A stretch of 64,000 nucleotides of DNA, taken from a virus. Under the pieces are notes generated by a model. That model had not been told where the DNA came from. It was given only the letters and a program-made list of their open reading frames with translations, and made no database searches. A program made the translations under genes and the position numbers. The DNA lies in the IMG/VR virus record IMGVR_UViG_3300042563_002299, positions 17,538 through 81,537 of that record; one strand, given 5' to 3'. Below, piece after piece: positions 25,678 through 36,763 of the stretch (position 1 is its first letter; every line of letters starts with the position of its first letter).

Positions 25678-28600
25678 TTAATCAGTTGTTGCTACGTAAA
25701 GTTTATAGAACCTGTCTACCGCTGTTTTACCATTATTCAAACCAAAATAGAAGTGGTATGGTGCTCCAACAACAACTGCTTGTTGATTAGATCCGATTGG
25801 TTGTCCTTGTATAATACTATTAATTGATGGTTGAGCATCTGGCACGTTATTAACATAATTTGAAATGTAACCTAACTTAGTTGTTTGGGTAATGTATTTT
25901 TCTTGTAAAGTATTAAAGTCAAGATCTTGGTATTTCTTACTAAAGAACCCTCCACTATAAACATTATCAGTAAGCCAGTTGTTATCTTCAGTTCCAAAGA
26001 TGTTCATAGTAGGGTTACTTTGCTTTAAAGACCATTTGTAATGAGGAACAACTTGAGATTTAGAGTAACCAAATTTTTCCTGAATTAATGGGGAGTTACT
26101 GTATGTTTGAATACCCGGTGATTCAATTTTTCTGTAGTTTAAGTTTTGTAATGGTGTTTGGAAGAACACACCGAATACCGGTTTAATGTCCGCATTTGAC
26201 GGATAAGAAGCCGGATAATAGTTATCACCGAAGAAAATATAATTATTACTTGGTACGTTCTCACTAATGAATGGTAATACTTTCCACTCCGAATTAATTG
26301 ATAACATCTGAGCCCAATCACCATCAATTCTATAACCACCTCTTGTACTGTTAAAGAACTGTATAATACCTTTACCTTCACTTGAGTCACCACCAGTACT
26401 AACAGGTATCATTCTTTGTCTAACCCCTTCATTTAAAATTCTCGATAAGAACCCTAATTGGATTAGATCAGAATTATCTTGGTATGATGTCGCTTTTAAT
26501 TGATCCGCGTAGTAAGATCCAAAACCATCAATACCACTACAACAAATCTCATTAATAAAACTATCTCTTGGCCCTAAATCAACTACCGTTGTTGGGAATT
26601 GAATTTGTTTTTTATTGTACCCAAAACCAGGAAAATCTTTAAGACTTTGTGGGGTAAAAGGACTTATTGATGGTGAATTTTTACCAATAAAGTCATTACC
26701 ATTCCATGGAGATGACCTATAATAGAAACTATTTGACAAATCATTAAATACAACAACATCTTCACAGTAATTGTAATTTGGTTGTAGGTTAGGTCCGAAT
26801 GTTGTACTCTTATTAAAGTTAAACATATATAAAGACCCATTTAACCAGTTGTTTTGGAACACCTGTGAAAACACTCCTCTACAAGCAGCAAAGTTCATTG
26901 TAAATCTAACTTTCCACTCTAAGAATAATCTAGCATCATCACCATATTGTGCTAAGTATGTTTTATTTAATAAACAATAACAACCATTAACCATTCTGTT
27001 AACAGGTATTGAACATTGATCAGGAGGAATAACCCCAACATTACTTCCTGATCCACTATAACATTCCAAAGGAACCATACCTTCACAAGTTAAAGTATTT
27101 GTCAAACCTGAAACAAATGAATCCTCATCTTGTTGATCACCCGTTGGTAAATCCACACCTGCCGATATTGTAGGTTCCGTTTGAATACCTGAAGCATTAT
27201 AAGCGGTAAAATTGTTATTTTGGTGTAAAGCATAACCAGTTCTATTCTGAACACCATTTTCAATTTTAGTTGATGTTGGTAATCGGTCACTTCTCATTAC
27301 GATATTTGTACTTTGGAATGTAACAGGTGTTAATCCGTATCTATAATAAGCTGGTGAATATAAAACTGATAGGTTACCTCCAACATTAACGTTATTAAAC
27401 CAACCACTTTGAGTGTTGTAATATTGCCCTTTCTGACAATCTTGATTACATGAACCACCCGAATTGGTGTATATTGTTTTTGTAAATGTTAATTGATCTA
27501 AATTCCAAGCTAAGAATGCATTACCACCAACATATTGAGTTGGCGCAGATTGTTGTTGTGGTATCGTATAATTAGATGAACCCAAAACTTGATATAAATT
27601 ACCACCTGTTGTTAGTTGTGATGTGTTCTGCCAAGTAGGAAATACTGGTGTGTAAGAACCAATATTAGTAACATTGGTATCGTCAGTACATAAATAATAA
27701 TAAGGTAAGTTAGAGGTAAACGCCGTAAACTTAGTCGTATCAGGTGTGAACGCAAATGATGGGAAATATAAGTTAGAAACGTTATTGTTAGCACTTACGT
27801 GACTCACAGGTTTATTGCCTGAAGCAAAAGAACTATAACCCTGTATTGGTCTATTCAAATAATACGAACCTTCAATCTGAACCGACCCAAAAGATGAGAA
27901 ACCAAATATTTTAGATACATCGTATTTAATAGTTTGTTTTGGTGTGAATGGGTCTACACCTCTAACAAAAATACAAATTTCATAACCTTCCCAACCTTGC
28001 ATCAACGTAACTACGTTATTTACTGTCCAAGAACTAAATGCTGTCGGGTCACCTACCGGACAGTCAGGTGTTAAAATAGTAACATCATGTCTTAAGTAGT
28101 TGTTAGGATAATACCCAGTGGTTAACTGATCAATTCCGATGAATTCATTAACGGTAAGTCCTGTTATAAGTTGGAAGTACTCAATGTCGGTTGCAAACTG
28201 CAAATAAGCCTCCTCCAAATTTGGATTACCAACAACAGGTAATTGACTAACTTGTGGTAGATCAAGTACTATGTTCGCACTTAAGTTAACTTGTGGGTTT
28301 GCAGGATTAGCATATTGCACTAAAACCGGTACTGAATTTCCTATTAGTGTTGTTCCTGTAATTGAATTAGTGTTGAACTGATTAAGTGTTGCCCCTGTTA
28401 AATTAAGTAAACGATTTGAGGATTGTGCGTCGGTGTAATTTGGGTCTTGGAATGAACACACATTTCCAATTCCGATTTGACCTATCGCACCAGGGCTCAT
28501 TAAAACAACAACCACTTGATCCGTAAATGGTTGTGAGTTTAGAGAAGGATTCACCGTTGTTTGTATTTGATTATATGCTCCTCCTGTATTGAAATATTTA

Positions 28601-31260
28601 TCTCTTGTATTGAAGTCGTTTAATTGTTGTGGGAATGTTTTTGAGGTTGGGTACGCAAAATATCTTTCGTCAGCCCCCGAACTTTTATTAGCCGCCCATA
28701 AAAATGGTTGTGGAGCATGAAGTAAATATTGTTCGTTATCATATAATCTATTTGGATTAGTGGATGAAAGTACATCATAACCAGAAATAACTCTAGTTAA
28801 ATCCAAAGACGCCTGAACCGCTAAATCCGTAATAATATTATCATCGCCAATTTCAGAAGCAAAAGTTTTGTATGGTCCAATACCACCACATTGGAATGGA
28901 TCACTATTTGGATCGTCGTCTGGTCCTGAAATATTAAGGTGTTGTATCTCATATGATCCTGCAGAGTTAACAGGTGCAATAATACTTAAAGACGGCACTA
29001 ATGTTAGATCATAAAAACTACTTGACCCTCCTTGAGCGGAAGCTTCTATTTCATCATTAACACTATTGAGGTCAAAATTATCATCCATTTCCGCAGTTTT
29101 ACAATCACAATCACAACTCGTACAATCAGGATATGCAATCATAGGTAAAGATATTCTTGGGAACCCTTTTACTTTAATTGCGGCAATAATAGTAAAGGCT
29201 AAAAATGCCGCGGCTAGTGCTACTTTAAATGCCGCTGCGGCTATTAAGAAAATACCAGCAAATATTAAACGAATACCCTCAAGTATCCACCCCACGTTAA
29301 CGGTAACCCCAAGTCCAACTGAAATAACACCAGCACCCGCACTGATTAATTGTATACCACTCTGTATAGCATTAAACAACGAAACTGCCGCATCATAAGT
29401 TAAATAAAGACTTAAAACTATTAATACGTATTTGAGTATTGGCCATATGAATGAAATAAAGTGAGCAACAAATAGTAAAACTAAAAGTGGGAAAGTTAAA
29501 ACGTTAATCAATATGTTAAACACAAAAAATATTGGGTCAAAGTTTCTAATTATATCATTTACAGGGAACGTATTTACCGTCGATTTACAAGATCTGTTAT
29601 CAATTTCTTTTATCCCTAAATGTCTTGCCCTACCAATTCCATTCTTGTATCTATCCAAGAACATTGCGGTCGTATAAACTTTATTATATTTAAACTCATA
29701 GAAAGTATCTTCACAATCGATCGCTTCTTGTGGGTTAACATAATCATCCCAATCTAAACTGAACGCATATGACTTTAAAAGGTTGAATAGCGTTTCAGGG
29801 TAAACCTTGAATGTGAAATCTTGGGTAACGTTAGGGTTTACGGATGTACCGACTATTTGAATTGTGTCCCCGACATTAAATGGTATTGAATTTTGAGACC
29901 CCGTATATAGAACACCATTCAAATATATTTCATATGATGAATTATTAAGTGAAGTTTCAAATGAAATACCCGCATCAAAACCAAATGATTGTACTTCTGT
30001 TACACCTGTAACTAAACCTGGTTGAATTTGGTAAGTATAGGTTTGTGTCGCTTGATCAAATGGATCATTACCTGATGTTGACCACCCGTATTCTTTAACG
30101 TTTGGTACTAAGAAATTGGCTCTTTGGAAACTATTCTGTAGTCCTTCCTCATTTTGCCACTTCATTTTAAATCGGTACTTACCTTTTGTTGGTATACCTT
30201 TACTAGGATCATCGGACAATACTTGTTCTCCGAATTCATTTGTGAATACGTAATCCAAATTCATTGGTACGTTAAGGACATATGTTCCATCAGGATCAAT
30301 TACTTTACCCTCCTGTTCTACTTGATATACCTCTAATATCGGTAAACCTTGATCATCAGAATTAATTGTTTGTCGTATTGCTTGTATTTCACCAGGACCT
30401 GCAACCAACTCACATAAATTACCTGTATTGTTTTTTGGTTTACATCCAATCTTCAATGCATCGTCATTTGTTGTTGATATAATTGACCCCATAAATATGG
30501 AGGTTGGTTGGATACTGATATTCGCTTGTTTGGTCAAATCAAAATCAACTCGTGTAATACCAACTTGACATAACTCTTGATCACCCCAAAAAGGAGCAAC
30601 ATCAACATCAAACACCAAATTTTTAATTTGTGGTAATTCTCTTAAGTTTGTTGATGATCTGAAGGTAGACCCGTTAACTTGTGTTTCAGTTGCTAACCCT
30701 TGTTGTATTAAATCTTGTGGTGATAAAGAAAAACAACCAATATCAGATAAATCGACATCCATTACAATTGTTTGAGTTCCAGTGGGAACCCCAAAAATCA
30801 TAAAGTCACCACTATCATTTGTTGTTACAGTAAATCTGTAGTATTTGTCGTAAACCTCAATATATGATTCATCCATTAACACATCTCCAACATTAGGAAA
30901 TGTTCCTGTCGATTGGTGTCCTTTATATGATGGTAGTTTAGGTAATAAATTATACCTATAACCTTCTTCATTGGTATCGGTTATGGTTCTATAGGGATAT
31001 AGTTCGGAAATTACAGGGTCAAATTCATCCGCATCATCCAATGGGATAAAAACCGATACTTTAGCATTTGGTAAACCAAATCCGTTATTAACAAAAACAC
31101 GACCAACTACGACACCGTAATCCGCACACATTCTTGTGTATAAATCATTTGCAAGAATCTTTAAGGAAAGCACTTCCAAAGATTCCCAATCTTGTTCTAA
31201 ATTGACATTAATATATTTGTCAACACCTACTTCGGTTCTTATTCTATATGATTTGGGCAT
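25678..31260 (-). CDS. 1860-aa baseplate-associated protein with N-terminal carboxypeptidase-regulatory-like Ig domain and internal hydrophobic helices
   Basis: GVVVGRVFVNNGFGLPNAKVSVF...TNDSGDFMIFGVPTG; about 125-aa hydrophobic stretch followed by DCTSCDCDC. Confidence 0.65.
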   Translation of the reverse strand: MPKSYRIRTEVGVDKYINVNLEQDWESLEVLSLKILANDLYTRMCADYGVVVGRVFVNNGFGLPNAKVSVFIPLDDADEFDPVISELYPYRTITDTNEEGYRYNLLPKLPSYKGHQSTGTFPNVGDVLMDESYIEVYDKYYRFTVTTNDSGDFMIFGVPTGTQTIVMDVDLSDIGCFSLSPQDLIQQGLATETQVNGSTFRSSTNLRELPQIKNLVFDVDVAPFWGDQELCQVGITRVDFDLTKQANISIQPTSIFMGSIISTTNDDALKIGCKPKNNTGNLCELVAGPGEIQAIRQTINSDDQGLPILEVYQVEQEGKVIDPDGTYVLNVPMNLDYVFTNEFGEQVLSDDPSKGIPTKGKYRFKMKWQNEEGLQNSFQRANFLVPNVKEYGWSTSGNDPFDQATQTYTYQIQPGLVTGVTEVQSFGFDAGISFETSLNNSSYEIYLNGVLYTGSQNSIPFNVGDTIQIVGTSVNPNVTQDFTFKVYPETLFNLLKSYAFSLDWDDYVNPQEAIDCEDTFYEFKYNKVYTTAMFLDRYKNGIGRARHLGIKEIDNRSCKSTVNTFPVNDIIRNFDPIFFVFNILINVLTFPLLVLLFVAHFISFIWPILKYVLIVLSLYLTYDAAVSLFNAIQSGIQLISAGAGVISVGLGVTVNVGWILEGIRLIFAGIFLIAAAAFKVALAAAFLAFTIIAAIKVKGFPRISLPMIAYPDCTSCDCDCKTAEMDDNFDLNSVNDEIEASAQGGSSSFYDLTLVPSLSIIAPVNSAGSYEIQHLNISGPDDDPNSDPFQCGGIGPYKTFASEIGDDNIITDLAVQASLDLTRVISGYDVLSSTNPNRLYDNEQYLLHAPQPFLWAANKSSGADERYFAYPTSKTFPQQLNDFNTRDKYFNTGGAYNQIQTTVNPSLNSQPFTDQVVVVLMSPGAIGQIGIGNVCSFQDPNYTDAQSSNRLLNLTGATLNQFNTNSITGTTLIGNSVPVLVQYANPANPQVNLSANIVLDLPQVSQLPVVGNPNLEEAYLQFATDIEYFQLITGLTVNEFIGIDQLTTGYYPNNYLRHDVTILTPDCPVGDPTAFSSWTVNNVVTLMQGWEGYEICIFVRGVDPFTPKQTIKYDVSKIFGFSSFGSVQIEGSYYLNRPIQGYSSFASGNKPVSHVSANNNVSNLYFPSFAFTPDTTKFTAFTSNLPYYYLCTDDTNVTNIGSYTPVFPTWQNTSQLTTGGNLYQVLGSSNYTIPQQQSAPTQYVGGNAFLAWNLDQLTFTKTIYTNSGGSCNQDCQKGQYYNTQSGWFNNVNVGGNLSVLYSPAYYRYGLTPVTFQSTNIVMRSDRLPTSTKIENGVQNRTGYALHQNNNFTAYNASGIQTEPTISAGVDLPTGDQQDEDSFVSGLTNTLTCEGMVPLECYSGSGSNVGVIPPDQCSIPVNRMVNGCYCLLNKTYLAQYGDDARLFLEWKVRFTMNFAACRGVFSQVFQNNWLNGSLYMFNFNKSTTFGPNLQPNYNYCEDVVVFNDLSNSFYYRSSPWNGNDFIGKNSPSISPFTPQSLKDFPGFGYNKKQIQFPTTVVDLGPRDSFINEICCSGIDGFGSYYADQLKATSYQDNSDLIQLGFLSRILNEGVRQRMIPVSTGGDSSEGKGIIQFFNSTRGGYRIDGDWAQMLSINSEWKVLPFISENVPSNNYIFFGDNYYPASYPSNADIKPVFGVFFQTPLQNLNYRKIESPGIQTYSNSPLIQEKFGYSKSQVVPHYKWSLKQSNPTMNIFGTEDNNWLTDNVYSGGFFSKKYQDLDFNTLQEKYITQTTKLGYISNYVNNVPDAQPSINSIIQGQPIGSNQQAVVVGAPYHFYFGLNNGKTAVDRFYKLYVATTD

Positions 31261-31336
31261 TAAAGATTTCGTTTTTTCATAAATAGTTTATTTCCTATTT
31301 TAAAAAAAATAATCTTATTCTTGGAAAAATAAATCG

Positions 31337-33178
31337 CTACGAGAAGTTTACCGCTTTTAAGTTCAATACCCTTACATTAATGTCCTTATTTGGGTATCTA
31401 ATTTGGTAAGTTTGTGTTGGTGTTGCAAAGATAGTATCTGCCGTTGGTTGTATCTGTCTTGTTAAAGGATCCGCATATGGCATCGATGTTTGAGCCGATG
31501 AATATTGACCACCAACTTGATTAAAGAATAGAACATCAGAAATACTCACAATACCATTTTCGGACTGTAGTATTCGTCTTAATTCAGAGATATTAACGTT
31601 TTGACCTAATTCTCTAACTAAGGGGTTAAAGAACTCTGACACCAACTGTATTACTTTGGCAATAACCGCACCTTGATTTTGACTATTATCTAAAACAACA
31701 TCAACCGTAACTGAAAGATCTATCGTTTCTGCTGCTTCTATTGAAATGTAGTCATTTATCATACGATAATTTGATAGGTAATTTGCGACGTTTTGTTTTA
31801 ATGTGTTTGAAACTACGTTCGTTAAACTACCACTTGTATCGTAAGATAACATTTTAATTTTTATTTTATTATTCTCTTCAGTGATCGCAACTTTAGCAGG
31901 TGCACCAAATTGAGAAGGCATTGTTCTTATAATTGAGTTGTAGTCATTCACCGTAACCGCTCTATTTTGAGCCGCGAAGTTAAATGCGACCATGTTTCTC
32001 ACGTCTTCAGTTGTTGGTAGGTTAGCACCTCCAATAGCCGCAGTCACATTATTACATTGTAAACTATTAATAACACTTCTGTTGACAGAATCTGATGGAC
32101 CATTAACCGCAAATGATACAGTACCAATCTGGTTGATTGTATTTATACCTAAGTTACTTGATAATCCACCACCAATCCTATATTGAACGAATAGAGTTGT
32201 GTTTGGTGTCAAAGCAGCACCCATAGCAAAGTTATTAGTATATCTACTTAAATCAAAACCTTTACCGTCACGGGCAAATTCTCTTAATTGTTGTTCTGCG
32301 GATATATTACCACCACCAAAGGTCATTTTACAGAAACCTTCAGGTGTATACTCACTAATAAATTTGTTTGATGTTGTTATATATCTACCTACTTTAATAC
32401 CAGGTTGATCAGATACTTTAGTAGGGTCTTCAATGAAAACTCTATCTTGTACCAAAGCATCCACCTCAAACCATCTCTCAGGACCTACGGTGATAAAATC
32501 TTGTGGTTGTGGTATTGTTGAGTATTGTGTTCCCGATTTAAGTAAAACACTTGTAATACCCAAAACATTTTTTTCAGGTAAGAATAATTCTAAATAAGGT
32601 CTAGCGTCGTTAGCGGTAATTACTCTCTTATAAACTTTTGTAATACCATTAACAACAACTTCTCGTTTAAGAATCGTATAATTAATAAGTTTACCACTTG
32701 AGTCAAAGTTTGGTATTTTAACTCGGTTTGGTGAACCCTCAGCATTTATTGGTGAAGCAAAATCAATATCATACACTGTTTCAAAAGGTTGTCCAGCACC
32801 ATTAACTTGAGATCCTCGTCTTAAGACACCACAATATCTTAAATCTTCCCTATCTCCAAAAGCAGGTACTGTAATTGAAAAATCAACTAAGGCAACTGAC
32901 GGTCTTTGACCCGGTACTTTTAAACCATAAGTTCTTGCAATATTATAAACGGAGTTCTTTTGTTGAGCAAACTGTAATACAGTTTCTTGGATGCTTCTAT
33001 CTATTTGAAAGTTAAGGTTATCCGTAACCGCCGCATTCAAATCTAACATAACAGAGAAAATACCCGCATCGTTAAAATTTTGAACGAGATCAGGGTAATA
33101 CGTTCTAGTGAAGTTAATTAACTCAGTTCTTACTCCTTGAAAATCTCGGACTGTATAAGATATATTCTTTTCTGCCAT
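31337..33178 (-). CDS. Baseplate wedge subunit (T4 gp6 / baseplate J-like)
   Basis: RDFQGVRTEL...YYPD, IARTYGLK, YRIGGG...N, GGA, AQNRAVTVNDY. Confidence 0.85.
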   Translation of the reverse strand: MAEKNISYTVRDFQGVRTELINFTRTYYPDLVQNFNDAGIFSVMLDLNAAVTDNLNFQIDRSIQETVLQFAQQKNSVYNIARTYGLKVPGQRPSVALVDFSITVPAFGDREDLRYCGVLRRGSQVNGAGQPFETVYDIDFASPINAEGSPNRVKIPNFDSSGKLINYTILKREVVVNGITKVYKRVITANDARPYLELFLPEKNVLGITSVLLKSGTQYSTIPQPQDFITVGPERWFEVDALVQDRVFIEDPTKVSDQPGIKVGRYITTSNKFISEYTPEGFCKMTFGGGNISAEQQLREFARDGKGFDLSRYTNNFAMGAALTPNTTLFVQYRIGGGLSSNLGINTINQIGTVSFAVNGPSDSVNRSVINSLQCNNVTAAIGGANLPTTEDVRNMVAFNFAAQNRAVTVNDYNSIIRTMPSQFGAPAKVAITEENNKIKIKMLSYDTSGSLTNVVSNTLKQNVANYLSNYRMINDYISIEAAETIDLSVTVDVVLDNSQNQGAVIAKVIQLVSEFFNPLVRELGQNVNISELRRILQSENGIVSISDVLFFNQVGGQYSSAQTSMPYADPLTRQIQPTADTIFATPTQTYQIRYPNKDINVRVLNLKAVNFS

Positions 33179-33184
33179 ATACTA

Positions 33185-33643
33185 TTAAATATTGATAATG
33201 ATAAAATCGCTAGATTCAAAAGCAGAATCCGTTATTCTGTAATCTATTTTAATTCTTGCTGTGTGTTCTAATTCTGCAATGTTGGTAACTTTAAATTCTC
33301 GTTCACCATCTTGATTTACCGTGAATCCTTTATCTTCTAATCCCGCAGATGCCGGTTCAACAGTGATATTGGTTACCTGTAGGTTTGGCATGTAGTTACC
33401 AATTGTATCTCTAATTTCAGATTCAATATCCGAAAACGTTGGTCCATCTAAAGGTTCAAAAATATACTCATAAAGACGAGTACCAAAATTGGGTAAGAAA
33501 TACCTTGACCCTTTTCTTGTTAAAAGTAAGTGAACTAAGTCAGATCTAATTTCAGCTTCGGTAGAATTTGTCACATCCAAATATCTACCTGTAAATGAAT
33601 CCACAAAAGGAAAAGAAATACCGTATGTAATGCCATTTGCCAT
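33185..33643 (-). CDS. Baseplate wedge protein gp25-like
   Basis: IRSDLVHLLLTRKGSRYFLPNFGTRLYEYIFEP. Confidence 0.9.
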   Translation of the reverse strand: MANGITYGISFPFVDSFTGRYLDVTNSTEAEIRSDLVHLLLTRKGSRYFLPNFGTRLYEYIFEPLDGPTFSDIESEIRDTIGNYMPNLQVTNITVEPASAGLEDKGFTVNQDGEREFKVTNIAELEHTARIKIDYRITDSAFESSDFIIINI

Positions 33644-33691
33644 ATCTAATAAATATATGTCGTGATTATTTCTAATAAATAGATATAAAAT

Positions 33692-33717
33692 AAAAATCCC
33701 GACAATGTGTCGGGATT
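33692..33717 (-). terminator. Rho-independent terminator
   Basis: Stem aatcccgaca/tgtcgggatt followed by a T run on the minus strand. Confidence 0.65.
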
Positions 33718-33743
33718 AATGTCGTGATTAATGTCGCAATTAA
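33708..33743. repeat. Three tandem 12-bp repeats TGTCG(GG/TG/CA)ATTAA
   Basis: tgtcgggattaa tgtcgtgattaa tgtcgcaattaa; another copy at 33658-33668. Confidence 0.7.
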
Positions 33744-33748
33744 TCTTA

Positions 33749-34255
33749 TTAAGCCTCTTCTGTTTCGTTATCGGGATCCAATACTTTAGCAAGTCCTAAT
33801 AATAAACCTGTCACACCCCAACTAATCGCAAGTCCTGCAGGAAATCCTGTCATTGACGCGATTAAGATAGCCGCGGGTACTCCACCCCAATTTCCGATAT
33901 TTGCCGCTCCAATGTCTCTCATGATTCTACCTAATTTTTCTTTAGGTGTTTCATTTTCTTCTTCTTCACTCATTTCACCATCCATAGCTTCACTCGCAAG
34001 ATCTTTAACCGCATCATGAGCATCTTTTGCCGATGAATACTGATCAATACCCAAATTATCTAAAACGTTTTTGATTTGATTTTTTTCACGATCAGATAGA
34101 TTTGATACAATATCTTCTAATTTCATTTGAACTTTAGATGAGTCAACAATTCTTTCTACTTTTTTAGATGCCATGGAATCCTCAGCATCTTCTTTTATAA
34201 TTCGTTTAACAATATTTGCTAAATCATTTTCATTAAGTCGTACTATTTTTTTCAT
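33749..34255 (-). CDS. Hypothetical protein with C-terminal hydrophobic hairpin; possible internal head protein
   Basis: Leader MKKIVRLNENDLANIVKRIIKE; Gly/Ala-rich hydrophobic helices near the C-terminus. Confidence 0.7.
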   Translation of the reverse strand: MKKIVRLNENDLANIVKRIIKEDAEDSMASKKVERIVDSSKVQMKLEDIVSNLSDREKNQIKNVLDNLGIDQYSSAKDAHDAVKDLASEAMDGEMSEEEENETPKEKLGRIMRDIGAANIGNWGGVPAAILIASMTGFPAGLAISWGVTGLLLGLAKVLDPDNETEEA

Positions 34256-34284
34256 GGTAATTTTTATTTATAAATATCTCATAT

Positions 34285-34314
34285 AAAAAAAAATCACGAC
34301 CGAAATCGTGATTT
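34285..34314 (-). terminator. Rho-independent terminator after nrdA
   Basis: aaatcacga-ccgaaa-tcgtgattt hairpin + poly-T on the minus strand. Confidence 0.7.
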
Positions 34315-34323
34315 ATTGTTTTT

Positions 34324-36753
34324 TTAGGAAGAACATCCAAAACATTCAAAATCTGAATTTTCAGGTTTTGACGGTAAATTTAGATTACTATATTCAACTT
34401 TCGGTGGTTCAGGTGTTGCTTTTGGTTTTTGTTTTTTTGAAATGTCCATTGCCAAATGTTTTGCTCCTGTTGAAATCGCTTTGGTTCTCACATAATAACA
34501 AAGTGTTTTCAATCCACTTTCCCAAGAGTGGAAGTGTGATGAGGTAATCTTTGATAATGTTGGATTAGACATATAGATGTTCATTGATTGTGATTGATCA
34601 ATGAATGGTGCTCTATCTGCCGCCATATCAATAAGTTGTTTTTGTGATATCTCCCAAATTGTTTTGTATTTAGGAATCAAATGTTCAATTCGTTTAACTT
34701 TCTTATTGTAATTTTTATCTTCAGGATCTAAGTAGTTATTGAAATTAATGTTCTGAATTGATCCTTCATTCATAATAATTTCATTCTTCAAATCCTCAGA
34801 CCATATACCTATTTTTTCAAAGTCCGTGATTAAATATTTGTTCACAATCATAATCTCACCACCAACAACTCGTCTGTTAAAGATTGCTGAGTGTGCCGGT
34901 TCTGTCATTTCATAAGATCCTGTGATCTTCGCTGAAGACGCAACTGGCATTTGTGCTGTGAATAATGAGTTACAAACACCATACGATTTAACACTTTCTT
35001 TCAATTTGTCCCAATCCCACATTCCTGATAGTTGTGTCTCATCAATATTCCACATATCAAATTGGAATACTCCTTGAGACATTGGTGACCCCTTGAAGAA
35101 TTTGTATTGTTCGTATTTTCCATTCATACACAACTGATTACTTTCGTAGATCGATGCGTAATAGATTGTTTCAAAAATGTCTCTATTTAATTTTTTTGCT
35201 TCATCAGACGTGAAGATATAATCCATTAAATAAAATACATCTGCTAAACCTTGTGTTCCAATAGCAATTGCTCTTTGTTCTAAACCACCTTTTCTACCTT
35301 TTTCAGTTGAGTAGTTGTTAATATCCACAACTTTATTGAGTGATCTTACAACTTTTCTAACCTCATTAAATAAAAGTTCAAAATCAAACTTTCCTGACTT
35401 AATAAAGTTTTTCAATACCATAGATGATAAGGTACAGATTGCGGTCGTTTCTTCATCAGTATACTGATAGATCTCATTACAAAGATTTGATTGTTTAATC
35501 ACACCGATGTTTTGGTGATTAGTTTTCTTATTCGCATTATCTTTAGAACATAAGTAAGGAACACCAGTTTCAACTTGTGATTCAATAACTTTAGTCCAAA
35601 TGTCTTGAGCCTTAACTTTTTTACCAAGACCCATAGAGACCGCTTTGTTATAAACTTCCTCATATTCGTCACCAAAACACTCTTGTAATGGTTTTAATCC
35701 TGATTTCTCAATATCGTTAGGACAGAATAAATACCAATCACCATTTTCTTTAACTGACCTCATAAAGTTGTCAGGTATCCAAAGTGCGGTAAATAAATCA
35801 CGAGCTCTCAATTCTTCAGCACCTGTATTCTTTTTAATGTCTAACAAATCAAAGATATCTTTATGCCAAGGCTCAATATAGATTGCTGCTGAACCTGGTC
35901 TACGACCTTGTTGATTAAAGAATCTAAGTGATTCATTAACAATCTTAAGGTATTTTAACAAACCACCAGCATATCCACCTGAACTAGAAATTCTACTTTC
36001 TTTACTACGAATGTTAGACATTGATAGTCCAATACCAGCGGCATCAGATGAGAACGTAGATATATCAGTCAATGTATCTAACAAACCTTTTCTTGAGTCA
36101 GAATCATTATAATGAAGTACACAAGACGCTAATTGAGGAACTCTAGTTCCTGAATTAATCATAATAGGTGTTGCCTTTGAAATTAATTGTTCTGATAAAG
36201 ATCTATAGTATTCAAATGCATCGGTGATGTTTGATGTAACCCATAATGCAACTCTCATATACATATGTTGTGGTCTTTCAATAACTTTACCATTTGGTCG
36301 TTTCAATAGGTACATTTCCTGTAATGATCTCCAAGCGAAGTAATCAAAGTTGTAATCATTTTCGTGATTAATAACCGCATCGATAGTATCTTCACCATAC
36401 TCTTTAATGGTCTCAATAAGTTTTTCATTAATAATCCCATCCTCATAAAGTTGCATCATAGTTTGTGAAAAACTATCATTTGTTTCTTTATGGTATGAAG
36501 AAATTGCAACAGACGAAGCCAATCTTGAGTAATCGTGATGACTACCGGTGTAAGATGCCGCGATCTCATAAACTAACTTATCAAGTTCTTTTGTGGTTAC
36601 TTCACCTTCAGTTGGCACTGATGTGATAACCTTAATAAAAATCTCGTCTGAGTTTACATTCAAACCTTTTGACGATCGTTTTACTCTGTTGTAAATTTTT
36701 TGTGGGTTAAATGAGACTACCTCACCACCTCTTTTAATTATTTTTAATGACAT
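34324..36753 (-). CDS. nrdA: Class Ia ribonucleotide reductase alpha subunit with ATP cone
   Basis: IIKRGG ATP cone, ATP...QLASC, QQGRRPGS, SNLCNEI, MPVASS, DQSQSMN, YYVR, C-terminal CFGCSS. Confidence 0.97.
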   Translation of the reverse strand: MSLKIIKRGGEVVSFNPQKIYNRVKRSSKGLNVNSDEIFIKVITSVPTEGEVTTKELDKLVYEIAASYTGSHHDYSRLASSVAISSYHKETNDSFSQTMMQLYEDGIINEKLIETIKEYGEDTIDAVINHENDYNFDYFAWRSLQEMYLLKRPNGKVIERPQHMYMRVALWVTSNITDAFEYYRSLSEQLISKATPIMINSGTRVPQLASCVLHYNDSDSRKGLLDTLTDISTFSSDAAGIGLSMSNIRSKESRISSSGGYAGGLLKYLKIVNESLRFFNQQGRRPGSAAIYIEPWHKDIFDLLDIKKNTGAEELRARDLFTALWIPDNFMRSVKENGDWYLFCPNDIEKSGLKPLQECFGDEYEEVYNKAVSMGLGKKVKAQDIWTKVIESQVETGVPYLCSKDNANKKTNHQNIGVIKQSNLCNEIYQYTDEETTAICTLSSMVLKNFIKSGKFDFELLFNEVRKVVRSLNKVVDINNYSTEKGRKGGLEQRAIAIGTQGLADVFYLMDYIFTSDEAKKLNRDIFETIYYASIYESNQLCMNGKYEQYKFFKGSPMSQGVFQFDMWNIDETQLSGMWDWDKLKESVKSYGVCNSLFTAQMPVASSAKITGSYEMTEPAHSAIFNRRVVGGEIMIVNKYLITDFEKIGIWSEDLKNEIIMNEGSIQNINFNNYLDPEDKNYNKKVKRIEHLIPKYKTIWEISQKQLIDMAADRAPFIDQSQSMNIYMSNPTLSKITSSHFHSWESGLKTLCYYVRTKAISTGAKHLAMDISKKQKPKATPEPPKVEYSNLNLPSKPENSDFECFGCSS

Positions 36754-36763
36754 GTTATAAAAT

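Noticed and set aside
33708-33743. Mini CRISPR array
   Set aside because: 12-bp units are directly tandem with no spacers.
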